From Naegleria gruberi (lineage: Eukaryota): a DNA stretch of 64,000 nt. The notes under the pieces were generated by a model, which was not told where the DNA came from, searched no databases, and worked only from the letters and a program-made list of their open reading frames with translations. The stretch lies in the NCBI GenBank assembly GCA_000004985.1, contig GG738892.1. One strand, given 5' to 3'. The translations under genes and the position numbers were made by a program. Each line of letters starts with the position of its first letter. Position 1 is the first letter of the stretch. Of this stretch, positions 52,925-64,000 are shown one piece after another.

Positions 52925-55900
52925 TTAAAGCTCCATAAGTACGTTTTGTCTTCTCCACAATTCTCTAAACATATCCTCACTAATAAGAACTTGACCACCA
53001 TGAGCAGCTGCTTCAATTCTTGCAGAAGTATTAATGGTTGTTCCATAATAATCTGGTCTTCTCATAGTCTTGTCAAATATTTGTTCTGCTTGCCCAAAAT
53101 GAAGACCAATCCTAACTCGCAATCCATTCCAAATTAATTCCTTTGTCTTTTCATTCCATTGAGTTCTACAATCCCATTGTTGAAGTAATTCAGGAGGCCA
53201 ATTACATGCCATCAAATCATGTTGACAGGCAATACTCCAATCCAAAGCATCGACAGCACTCTTGAATACCACATAAAAACTATCACCATTTGTCTTGACC
53301 TCAAATCCTCTGAAGGCTTCCAAATTCTTTCTGAGAACTTCATTGTGTAATTTCAAAGCTTCTCTCATGGCCTTGGCATCAGCTTCCCAAAGAACAGTGC
53401 TATTTTGAACATCTGTGAATGCACAAGCAATATTACCAGTCTTTGGAGCATATGTTGTGTTTCCTTGTCTTGTCTTGAGATATCTCCAATATATGATACC
53501 AATACATCCTAGAATTGAGAAGAATATTACAAGAGATAGAACAATCATTGCAATTTGAAGCTTAGTGACTGCTGGTGGAACAATGGCAACTCCACATGTA
53601 CTAAATGAAAAATCAAAGGAAATATCAGTGAATGAAGTTGTACCATTCTCAACATTGAGAGAAGAGAGCAAAACAGATCGAGGTCCTTGATTGCAATCAC
53701 AAGAGCTACTTGCTGATGAATAACTAGTTGCACAATCACCTGTTGCAACAGTGATATTGGCTACATTATTAGTTGAGGAACATTCCAAACCAAATGGGCC
53801 CATAGTTGTTAGTCCAGCAATATCGTAAACATAATTTGAAAAGATTGTACTGAAGAAATCAGGTAAGGTAACAGTGGAGGTAAATTTTTCTTGATAAATT
53901 CTGGTAAAAACAGTTTCCAAAAAGAAACCAAACAGGTAACCTTCCAATGTTTCATGAGTTGCTGGTTCAGAATATTGGTAATTGGCTAAAAATTGATTGA
54001 TAAATGTCTTTTTCTTTTCAGATTGAATGGTTTCAACACTGCTACAGACAGATTCCTGTTTGACAACTGGAGCAATATTGATTCTAGGCACAATGAGGAA
54101 ATTTGTGGACATGTCAGGATGTTTGGTATATAAATTATTCAATCCCTTTTCAAACAGTAAACTATAGGTCTCTGAAGGAATAGCAATCTTGATGGTCGGA
54201 TTAAAACTGAGAATAGCCTCAATCCAAGATATTGATTCTGTTTCATGAGCAAGAATAATGACTGCCTCAATATTTTGATTGGAAAGTTGGATTGCAGTTG
54301 AGGTTGGATTACTCACAACATCAAAAACTTCCAATCCAACATCATAATTCTCAATATATTCCTTAATGGATGGTATTGTTTTTGTTGTATAATATCCAAT
54401 TGGTGAATAGAGAATTGAAGCTTGTCCGTAGGTTTGCTTAAAATATTTCATTTGGGCAATTACTTCATCAAATACTGATGGTCTCCAATTAATAAAGTAT
54501 TTAGAGTATGGTTTTCTATATTCTAGCGAACCAGCCAAGACAAACATTGGAATTTGATACTTTTTCAAAATATCCGTCACATTTCCATATTGATCAACAC
54601 TCAATCTCAAATTACTTCCAAAAAAGCCAAATACACCCTGTTTTGTGGAAAGGGATTGTAACTTGTATTCGAGACCATATTTCTCAACTTCTCCAGAAAA
54701 ATATTCTGTGTGAATTTCAATTTTTTGAGATGCTTTGGAATTGTAAACAGTGAGATAGGTTTGAAGACCTCTTGAATAGGCATCATATGAATGAGGTGCC
54801 TCAGATATCAAATCCAATTTTCCTGCCTTTGTGGAACTGTCATCATCATAGGGAATAAGACGACCGAATATAATTGGTTTTGAAATTACACTAGAAATGG
54901 AATCTGCCAATCCACTTCTTCTATAGGTTCCCTTATAATCTTGGAATGCACAAGAAGCTGTATCATATTGTTTGGTAAATGTCTCAGTAAAAACAGATCC
55001 GGAATAGGAGTATAAAAACCCAGTTCTCAATCCCAAATTACATGGATTGGTGGCAGATTTAGAAAACGCTCCAAAAGTTATACCAGTTTCAGATTCCTTA
55101 ATTACAGATTGAGTATAGACATAATCCATAAACGATTTTTTGGTAATTTGATTTCCCACTGTATCCACTATTGTGGTAATAAATTTTCCAATATAATAAC
55201 CTTCCAAAGTTCTTTTGTGTGCCCAAACTGATGAATCCGAAGGATAGTAATCCTTGATTACCTTGTTAAACTCTGTAACAAATGAATTTGAGCTTGATGA
55301 AAATGATGGGATGTGAGAAACATAGAAAACTTGGAATGGAGAGGATGGATTCACGTTAGCTGCTAAGAATGATTTCATCTTGGTTTCTACATGATCAGAA
55401 AAATAAGAATTAATCAGATAAATACTCAATCCCTTTCTGAAAACTGGATTGGTTGTGTAGGTGAGCTGAATCTTTGAAAGTATAGATACAATGCTATCAT
55501 AACTATCAAAGAGAGTAATGAGTAAAACTTGTGGATTGGCATTACTAGTCAATTCATCAATGATTGTATCCAATGATTTAAGGCCTGAATCTGAATTGAT
55601 GATAGAAGATTGACTGTCAATATTCAAATTAATAATATTCATCATGGTGGAAAATGTTTGGAAAGCTTCACTTGAATACGGGCAATCAGGTTTGTAAATA
55701 ACACTCATTCTAGATTGAGCTTGTTTCATACTATAAGTAATTAAAGTTCCCAATTGTTCTGTCAATGTCAAGTGTAAATTCATAACAGGAGAATAGAACG
55801 AGCTCCTAAGAGTTCTCAAATTTGTAGCAGCAATCACACTAGCAATATCTGAATACTCACTGTTTTGTTTGATATCAAGAGTTTGTGCATTATTAATTCC

Positions 55901-58133
55901 ATCCAAATTGAGTACACCCTCTGTGAAACCAACCAATGCAACAGATTCATGCAAATTCTTTAATTCTCTTGTGTTGAAGAGAAGTGAACTAGAATCGTTG
56001 TGATAAAGAGTTTTCAATTCGATTTGCAATTTGTCAGAGGAAACTTTGGAATTTCTTCTCTTGAAAGCAGCTTGAATTCCCTTTCTTAACATTTCATCTT
56101 GAAGATTTTCTTTTTCAATGGATTGACCAAATATTATTGGTTTCTTGAGAATGGATGTATCTGAAATGCAAGATCCATATTCGTACCATGAAAGTTGTTT
56201 AAAAACTGAGAATGAAACATTGGAAACGTATGGTGTTTTTCCAATATTAACAGAACTCAAATAAACAATCTTGAGTCCTTGATTGCAATTTGAAGCACAA
56301 CTAACAGATGTTGCATTGGCAGAGAATGGTAAATATTGATCATAGACATTGGCACTTTCACACCATTTGAAATTGACCTTGGTTCCATCAAAAACAAATG
56401 AACCACCATTATTAGTCTCAGAATTACCTGCAGTATAATCAATGTAAGATGTTGCAATAAAATTTGATCTTGTTAAATCACCTATAATAGTTTTGAGCAT
56501 TGAATAGGCAAGCTTTCCAGTCAAATAACCCTCGAGTTCAATAAATGTTGGTTGAAAGGTAGAAACGTCCTTTCCAGTTGCTTTCAGATAAGCCTTTCTA
56601 GCTCTGTGATAAGACCTCACAACTGGTACTGTCAAATCCATTGGACTCGGCACGACTTGTGAAATGATAACATTATCCGTATAATATGTCGATGCAAATT
56701 TTAAAGAAGGCAAAGGGGATTGATTCAAATCATCAGTCAGGGCAGCACTTCCAACAAAACTAACTGTCAAGAATATCATTTCACTTGCCTTTTCATATCC
56801 GTAATTTGTTCCGTTAGCAGAGAAGGCCACATTCTTTACCATTTTGATATATTTTGAAAGTGGAGCATACGTTCCAACAAGTACAATTGCCTCAGGATTA
56901 CACTTTCCAATCGTATAGAAGGCATCTTCAACTGCCAATGTATTTCTAGTGTACAGACCTGTAGAGCAGAGTGAAATGTTCATTCGTGAGACGAGGGATC
57001 TGTTAATTCCGTTAAAACCAGCAATACCAAAGGCATCATTCTGATACATGATACTAATTCTTCTGATGAGTTTGGTATTTACAAGCCAATCAACCATGGC
57101 AGCAGTTTCATCATCATACGAAGCTCTCAAATTAATAACATTTGGATAGAAAGGTGTTCTAAGCCAACCAACTCCAGTGAATGAACCAAGAAGTGGAATG
57201 GAAGTTTTAGTAACATCTGGAAAGACTGCACTAACAGTTGGTGTTCCTATTATATCAATATTCAATTCATTAATAACATGTATATGGAGGAATAAATAGG
57301 TGATGATGGTAGTTTAGATTAAATAAGAACAGAGGAACTGTTACTACTTACCAACATATCCAATTAATCCAAATATTTTACTAACATCTACACTTGTAAT
57401 AAATTGAGGAGATGATGAGTTAAGGTAAGGCTGATAAATAAGCGAGCTGGTAGGGGGTGTTGTATTATAGAGAAAGAAGTCGGTATTAATCTTTGTATTG
57501 GTAGGCTCATAGGCATCATCTAATTGTACAATTTTATCACATGTTTACATTATTTTCATCGTTCATGTATTCAATGTATTCAATACCCAAAACATAATAA
57601 TATAAATTAAATACCGACCGAACAACAATATTACATACCCAAAGTTAAGAGTTTCAGCTTTTTGTTATTCCAAACTCCTCCCATAGAATTAACTTCTTCA
57701 AAAGCCGCTAAAATTCCATCTCTCATTTCAGTTCCCAATCTAAAGTAACAATATCATGAAGAAAGAAAGTATATTAAGGGAATTTCAAAAATAATTACAT
57801 GTTCTTTCCAATGCATAGAACTTACTTTTTAGAAAGGCCAGTGAGTGGAGCTGACTGTGCAAACCATATTTCCTGTTCGTTATTCCACAGCACAGTGTCT
57901 TCCCAAGGTCGTTTCGGCGATATTGCTGTTGTTGACGACGAGCCGTTCAGTTCGACCATTATTAAAAGTGTTACTAGGAGGAGGATTGATATTGTTGTGA
58001 TGAAGGAAGAGTAGAATGCTCTGAAATGTTGCTGTTGTGGTCTTCCTCTTGCTGCCTGATGATGAGAATGAGGTAGGCTGTTAGAGAGGCACTTGGCCTT
58101 ATTTAACCTCAATATGTCCACTCGTTGTAGCAT
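52925..58133 (-). CDS. receptor-type class III adenylyl/guanylyl cyclase with a signal peptide, periplasmic-binding-protein (ANF-receptor/LivK-like) ectodomains, one TM helix and a C-terminal cyclase domain. At least 4 exons: join(52925..57246,57349..57519,57629..57729,57826..58133). The 3' end possibly continues in another frame to 52668.
   Basis: Exon 1 is ATG (58131-58133) ...FITTISILLLVTLLIMVELNG (signal/anchor) ...WEDTVLWNNEQEIWFAQSAPLTGLSKK | GTAAGT. Exon 2 is LGTEMRDGILAAFEEVNSMGGVWNNKKLKLLTL (PBP-type motif) | GTATGT. Exon 3 is DDAYEPTNTKINTDFF... Exon 4 is the 1446-codon ORF containing the TM helix LQIAMIVLSLVIFFSILGCIGIIYW and the cyclase core IACAFTDVQNSTVLWE...FEVKTNGDSFYVVF...IWNGLRVRIGLHFG...YYGTTINTSARIE..GGQVLISEDMF. 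The domain order mirrors kinetoplastid receptor adenylate cyclases. The exon 3 donor is ambiguous: the phase argument favours gtaa|GTAGTA over ttg|GTAAGT. Confidence 0.65.
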
Positions 58134-60048
58134 GTTGAGAGGTGGTTGCAGTGTATGTTTTTTGTTGGGTTTCTTTTTGCGTGTATCGAAAAGGATATTC
58201 ACACCATTTGATGTTCACAGCATACCTCACGACCTCCGCTCTATTGAGGATAATTTCTCTTTAGAGATTCTAAATATTGGCCAAAAAGCCAAAACCAGCA
58301 ATCTACAAAATTGGTGTTTTCTCTCCAACAAAGCACGAACATATTGTGGAAATTGAAAAGTAAAAGAGATTCTCTTAAGTGAATGAATTCTTAGCCCTTT
58401 ACATATGTAAATTTTCGTGTCCAAAGTATATTAATACACTGCCAGATTCTCTAGAGATGCAATTTGAATTGATTGCCACTGCATTAAGGCTAACCTCTTT
58501 GGGAAGTTAGAATGTTGCGAGGATGATTCATTGTTATGCACTGAAAAGAAACTTATTTGTGTGAAATGACCTAAAACTTCAAAGGCTTGGGTGGGTGTCC
58601 TTAGTGAATTTGTGATTTACGCGAAATGGTTGCAATTCTTGAAAACTTGTTTGACTCTTATTGTAGTCCAAATGGGGAAGGATCCATTTGAGAGATGATT
58701 TGAATTATTCCTCCTCCTCATCATTAACCTTATTTCTTGTCAGGAATAAAAAAACGCCATCTAATAAAACACAATTTTGGTTCATTGTACACAACCTAAA
58801 AGGCCAATCCACGAGCACGAACAGTGTGCCTCTTCTCGTTGCTTAAGCCTCAATATAGTGGTGTATTCCTACAAGTTTCTCCTGCCATATTAACCAATAA
58901 CCATTTCCTTCAACGCTGTATTCATTCAAGGCTCCAAATAGAGTAGGGAACTTGTGTCACAACTTCCAATGTACCCGCAAGTTGGAGATCACTTTTTTGG
59001 GGACAGGTCAATTACTGTAATCTAAACAGAGACCAATAAATTGGAACAAAAGGCGACAATTCAACTCTAACATAAATCCCTTAATCTAGATATAAATGAT
59101 GATCCACCAAATAACAGGAATTAAATTTCATACAACTCTTTGAAAATCCAATAGAATGTTCTTCTTTGAAACTGTTGACAAATCCAATCCGAATTGTTCA
59201 ACAACCAAATCTTAAGAAATGAAGACAATTTTGTTCCGATTTTTGGAAATAATCAAACTCAAATTTCTCTTGTTAATTTTGAACGGTTATGAATATTTCG
59301 GAATTCATTATTATCACTTGATTTTCCTCTTCATCAATATTATTTAAAAATCCAATATTTGATGATGAATTTTCAAAGTTTCATCTAAATTACATTCATG
59401 ATCAACTTCGGAATGTACAAATTCCTCACTGACTACTATAAATCCCATTAGTGTTACAAAAGTGTTTAACAGGCTTTCTTTCCACTGATAAACATTTGGA
59501 TTTCTATCGACGGTAACACCACTAAAAAATGAGTTCTCTGTACTTTTGTTTATTTTGTTTGGTTATTTTCTCTTCAAGTCTCTTGTAAGTGATTTGTTAT
59601 CTATTGTTGGATTGTATTCTTTTGTTGTTGACTAAGCGTATTAATTTCAGCTGATAAGGGGCAAACACCAACCACAAGGCAATAGTTTAAGGTTGTAATT
59701 GGTGTACTGAAAAGTTCCAACTTGACTCTTCAACTTAAAATTGTGTTTGACAGTTCAATAAAGGTGCCAAAAAGCAGTATTGTCATCTCATTCGTCCTTA
59801 TTCCCTAATTGCCAATCATCAATCAACATGCTTTTCACATATTGACAGCCATCAACAATTTGTTCTTTTTTAAAAATTTTAATTAAAAAAAATCTAGATT
59901 TCAACCCCTTGTGTTGTTCTTCCATCAAAACGACAAGAACAATTTCTAACGTTTTTATCTGTGGTAGTAATTACTCTTTCTACACATTAAACAACAAGCC
60001 TGTTGTTTCCACTACATTCTAATAACAAGAAGAAAGAAACTAAACAAA
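58134..60048. other. 1.9-kb ORF-poor intergenic region between the divergent cyclase and IQGAP-like genes
   Basis: No ORF above 90 codons on either strand. Patches are less AT-rich than the surroundings. Presumably promoters and 5' UTRs for both genes. No repeat or ncRNA structure recognised by eye. Confidence 0.3.
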
Positions 60049-63000
60049 ATGTCCAATCAAACCAAGATGGATCTTTCCATCGCTGAGAGAAGAGCCTACG
60101 AATTTCTTCTCCGTTCTGAAGAAGCCAAACGTTGGATTGAAGAAATGATTCAGGAAAAATTCGGTCAAGGCTCATCCATTGCCTACTTTGGTGAAATGAT
60201 GAGAGATGGTGTGGCCCTTGCAAAGCTCGCCAAAATTTTCGCGCCAACCCACGTAAAAAAAATCAACAAGCCTAGTCAGAATGCGATCAAGTTGGAATTT
60301 TCCTTGGTTGATAATATTACTCAATTTTTGAATGCTTGTAAATCAACTGGTTTTAGAGAGATTTATCTTTTTGGTATGTTTTGTTTTTTTGAAGTGATTT
60401 TTATTCATATTTGTATTGTTTACTTGTTGTGTGTATTGATAATTTTTGTGATGATGACTACTTGTTATGATTCATATGAATGATGGTTGTGTGATATGAT
60501 GATGATTGATGATAATATAATACTACAATATAGAGGTTACCGATTTGTGGGAATTGAAGAATGTTTACAAAGTGGTGCATTGTCTCCATTCACTTTCTGT
60601 TTACTTATACACAAATGGTTTGTCAATCAAGATGGAAAGACTCAAGTCACTCAATATTTCTAGGGAAGATTTGGAACGTACAAAGAAAATGCTTGATGAT
60701 TTGGAAAATTCTGGTATCAAATTTGATGATTCCATGATTGAAGGTGATGAAGGTGAAAGTAGCGAAGATTGTGACACTGATGTTAGATCAGACAAAATTA
60801 GAGAATACGTCACTAGTTTGGCCGATCCAGATCATTGTAAAGTAGATGGAGATAAGTTAAATTCAGCCATTTGTGGTGTGGAATCAAAATTCACAATCAC
60901 AGCTTTTGATTCAGATGGTAATTTATTAAAGGGTTGCCAAGACAAATTTGAAGTTCAATTGCAATCAGGATCAACAACATTCAATGCAAACGTCAAAAAT
61001 AATAGAGATGGTACTTTTGAAGTGAGCTACACTCCTCAAGTTGCTGGTGACTATGTCATGACCATTTCTCTCTTTGATGATGAATTGGGTGATGTTGTAG
61101 GTAACATTACAAATAAGAATGCATCAGATGGTGCTTGGAAAGTCAAGATTACAGCAAACCCTGTTTCTGATCTATCAAAATGTGTACTCAAACAACAAAG
61201 AGATAATGCCAAGAGAGTATATAGAGCTGGTCAAGTTATTGATGATCTCATCTTGGAAAGTAGAGACTCATGCGGAAATATTGGTCTTGGAGGTGAAAAA
61301 TTCGCTGCCAAGCTCATTTCCACTGTTGACAAGTCTGTTGTTTTCAATTCTAATGTTTTGGACAATAAGAATGGTCTCTATCAATTCATCTTCCAAATTG
61401 AAAGATCTGGTTCTTATGAATTGGAAGTTACTCGTGGTGATGAATACCTCTCCTCAACTCGTATTCCAGTCTCAATTCATGATTCTGGTAAGACTGATCC
61501 AAACAATTGTCTCTTCATTGGATTGGAAAGCAATTTGCTTCACTTGCTTGAAGATAATGGCAGCGAGTCCAACAAGGTCTTATCTTTGAGAAAGAAGGAA
61601 AATATTGTTAAATTGGAAAGAAAGGCAGGCGATGTCATTAGATTCTTGGTTCAAGCTCGTGACCAATATGGTAACAATCGTGAAGTTGATGGAACTAATG
61701 AATCCACTCTTCCACAACTCGTCTCTGAACAATTGACTGTTATTGCTTGTTTGGAAAGCTCTGATTCACCAACTATTGAAAATATTGACTCTGTTTTGAT
61801 GACTCCAAGAACTGCCATGGTTGCCAAGAAACTTGGTGAATCAGGTACTCAATCCGATGGTGTTGCTGTTGATTCTACAATTGTCAAGATTCCACACATG
61901 AAGAACGACTCTGAATTGAGTGTATTGTTGGGTCTTGAACAATATGCCCAAAAGTTCAATGGTTCTCAAGAAATGGAAAAGAAACTCTTTGAAACCATGT
62001 CCAAGTTTGTTTCTGAAAATGGTCATCACGGTTTGTACCTTGTTGAAACTAAATTGGTCGAAAGTGGAGACTATTCTTTGCAATGTAACTTGTTACAAGG
62101 AGATTGTACTTCCACATCAACTGCCGAAACTGACTCTGAATCCAAATCAAAGCCAACTCTCTACGCTGTTGGTCCAGCTCACACTGTTCACATTACTGAT
62201 AATGGTCTCACTGATGCTAGTCAATGTGCAATTGTTCAAAGTTTCTCCAAGGGTGAAAGTGTTTCCAATACTGTTGTTGTTCCAAACAGCTCACTCAAGT
62301 TGGATCTCCAGAAGGATGATTATGAAAATCCAGACAATTTTTCCGATACTTTCAAAAAGTTCCATGCTGGTCGTGAAATGCACATTATTGTTCAAGCTCG
62401 TGACAAGTTTGGAAATGCTCGTAACATTGTAGAAAGTGATGAATTCTTATTGAAACTCACTCCAAAACAAAAATCAGAACAATCTACTGAAGTTATTCCA
62501 GTGTCTGCCTCCTCACAAAAATTCGTTCAAGGAAAGGGTCTCTTTGAAATTGTCTACACTGCCAAGATTGCTCAATCATACTATATGGAATTGGCATATG
62601 TTGACAAGTCTAAACTTGCTCCAGAAGTCACTGAACAAGAAAAGGCAGCTGCTGCTCAATTGATCAAATCATTCCCACAAGAAATTACTGTCACTGATGC
62701 TGCAATTACTGATCCACACAATCTTTTATTCTCTGGTACTGGTATTACTAATGCTGTTCAAGGAAAGGAAAGTTTCTTTGTTTTGAGAATGAGAGATGAA
62801 TTTGGTAACTTGAGACACCAAGGAGGAGATGATGTTAAGGCTACTCTCATTTCTGATGCTCGTAAGCTCGAATCTGCTGCCGAAGTTATTGACAATAAGG
62901 ATGGTTCATACACTGTCAAGTATGTTGCTAAGGCCTCCGGTAAGAATCGTTTCGAAATTGTTATCAATGGTCAACTTGTCAAGAATAATGACATTTTGGA

Positions 63001-64000
63001 TGCTGGTGTTTTCGTTTCACCACCAAATATTGAAGATGCAAGCAATGTTGAAACTATTCTTGATCACGATTTACTCTCTGCCCTCATGAATGCTTTCCGT
63101 GTTGAACAAAAGACTGATAACTTGGTTGAACAAATCCAAGCTCTCAGACAAGAATTGGTTAAACAACTTCGTGAAAACACCAAGATTAGTACTGATGTCA
63201 GAGATAAGGAAAGAAAGATTGCTCTCCTTGCTGAAAACAAGTATCGTGCTGAAGAAATCATGAATCAAGGAAAGAGTGGTATTATTGGTTACTTCCAACG
63301 TCGTAAGACTATGCAATTCGGTGGACCTCTTGGAATTACCTCTGCTGCTGATGCCATGATTAAGGAAAATATCAGTCTCTATGGTAACTTGTTCTACTTG
63401 CTTCAAACTAATCCAAAGTATCTTGCCAAGTGTATTTTCCTCGTTCCTGCATCAGATGTTGATCAATTCCTCAATACTGTCACTTTGACCTTGTACGGTT
63501 ATGCTTTCAATCCTCGTGAAGAATATTTGATTTTGAACTTGTTCAATGAAACTCTCCAACTCGAAGTTAAGAGTTCCACATTGGAAAGTTTCTTGTCTGG
63601 TAACCCAATTCTCATCAAATTGTTGATTACTTATTGTCACGAAAGAATTTCAGGAAAGACCTTCTTGCAAAAGGTTTTGTACGACAAGATTTTGGATCCT
63701 ATCCTCGAAGAAAAGGATCTCAACTTGGATCTTAACCCAATCAGTCTTCTCCGTGATATTGTCTCTCAAAAGGAAGTTGAAACTGGTATCAAGAGCAATA
63801 TTGACTTTAAGGAAATGACCTATGAAAAGGCTATGGAAGCTGATGAAAATGTTCGTAATGCCATCAATTCTAGAAAGAACAGCTTGATCAAGATTTGTGA
63901 ACAAATTCTCAATTGTATCTATGATAACATTCCTGAATTGCCATATGGTTTACGTTTCGTTTGTCGTCAATTGAGAACTTTGCTCATGCAAAAGTATCCA
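60049..64000 (+). CDS. IQGAP-like protein (N-terminal calponin-homology domain, filamin-type Ig-like repeats, coiled-coil, RasGAP-related domain), 3' partial: join(60049..60373,60534..>64000)
   Basis: Exon 1 is MSNQTKMDLSIAERRAYEFLLRSEEAKRWIEEMI...NACKSTGFREIYLF + g | GTATGT. A 160-nt intron ends with acceptor aatatag|AG, giving ...EVTDLWELKNVYKVVHCLHSLSVYL, which aligns with IQGAP1 PETTDIYDRKNMPRCIYCIHALSLYL. My translation stays open from 60534 to the window end. The last ~250 codons (LPYGLRFVCRQLRTLLMQKYP) resemble the IQGAP GRD. Not in the ORF track because it has no in-window stop. Confidence 0.7.

Noticed and set aside
1-64000. Possibility that the window is prokaryotic or giant-virus DNA, given the table-11-style ORF track and AT-richness
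   Set aside because: Numerous phase-consistent GT..AG introns, Pol III tRNA genes without CCA and with T-run terminators, and typical eukaryotic housekeeping genes (Rpn8, REV3, Eco1, KMO) argue for a eukaryotic nuclear origin. No CRISPR arrays, rRNA genes or operon-like structures are present.

Overview
This 64-kb window is AT-rich (about two-thirds A+T), gene-dense eukaryotic nuclear DNA and is not prokaryotic. It holds about 30 protein-coding genes on both strands and four Pol III-type tRNA genes with no encoded CCA and a T-run downstream where checked. Many genes are interrupted by short GT..AG introns of 43-290 nt, with donors GTAAGT, GTATGT or GTGAGT. A Zn(II)2Cys6 binuclear-cluster transcription factor, the intron style and the AT-rich codon use point to a fungus; an early-diverging, Mucoromycota/Glomeromycotina-like lineage is my guess and cannot be proven here. 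The supplied ORF track has two limits: it counts TTG/GTG/CTG as starts, so its M is not always ATG, and it omits ORFs that touch the window edges. By my own translation there is a 5' partial gene at 1..163 on the minus strand and a >3.4-kb IQGAP-like ORF running off the 3' end. Recognisable genes include an ankyrin-repeat protein kinase (6.3 kb), a HutD/Ves-like protein, two paralogous F-box-like/LRR proteins, a Zn2Cys6 transcription factor, a quinone oxidoreductase, a Sel1-repeat protein, Eco1/ESCO acetyltransferase, an F-box/LRR protein, kynurenine 3-monooxygenase, a saposin-like secreted protein, a dual-specificity phosphatase, an AVL9/DENN-like protein, a GNAT acetyltransferase, a 4-EF-hand protein, an ABCA-like half transporter, DNA polymerase zeta catalytic subunit (REV3), proteasome lid subunit Rpn8, histidine acid phosphatase and a receptor-type class III nucleotidyl cyclase with periplasmic-binding-protein-like ectodomains. 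The most unusual content is a cluster of three paralogous B-box + NHL-repeat genes at 21.3-27.8 kb. One of them carries a multi-exon collagen-like (Gly-X-Y) N-terminus, a domain combination I do not recognise as described. Other items worth checking are an inverted duplication of tRNA-Leu(CAG) with conserved flanks bracketing a 5.3-kb segment, a BAH domain embedded in REV3, and filamin-type repeats inside the IQGAP-like protein. All intron and exon coordinates are hand-derived and may be off by a few nucleotides.
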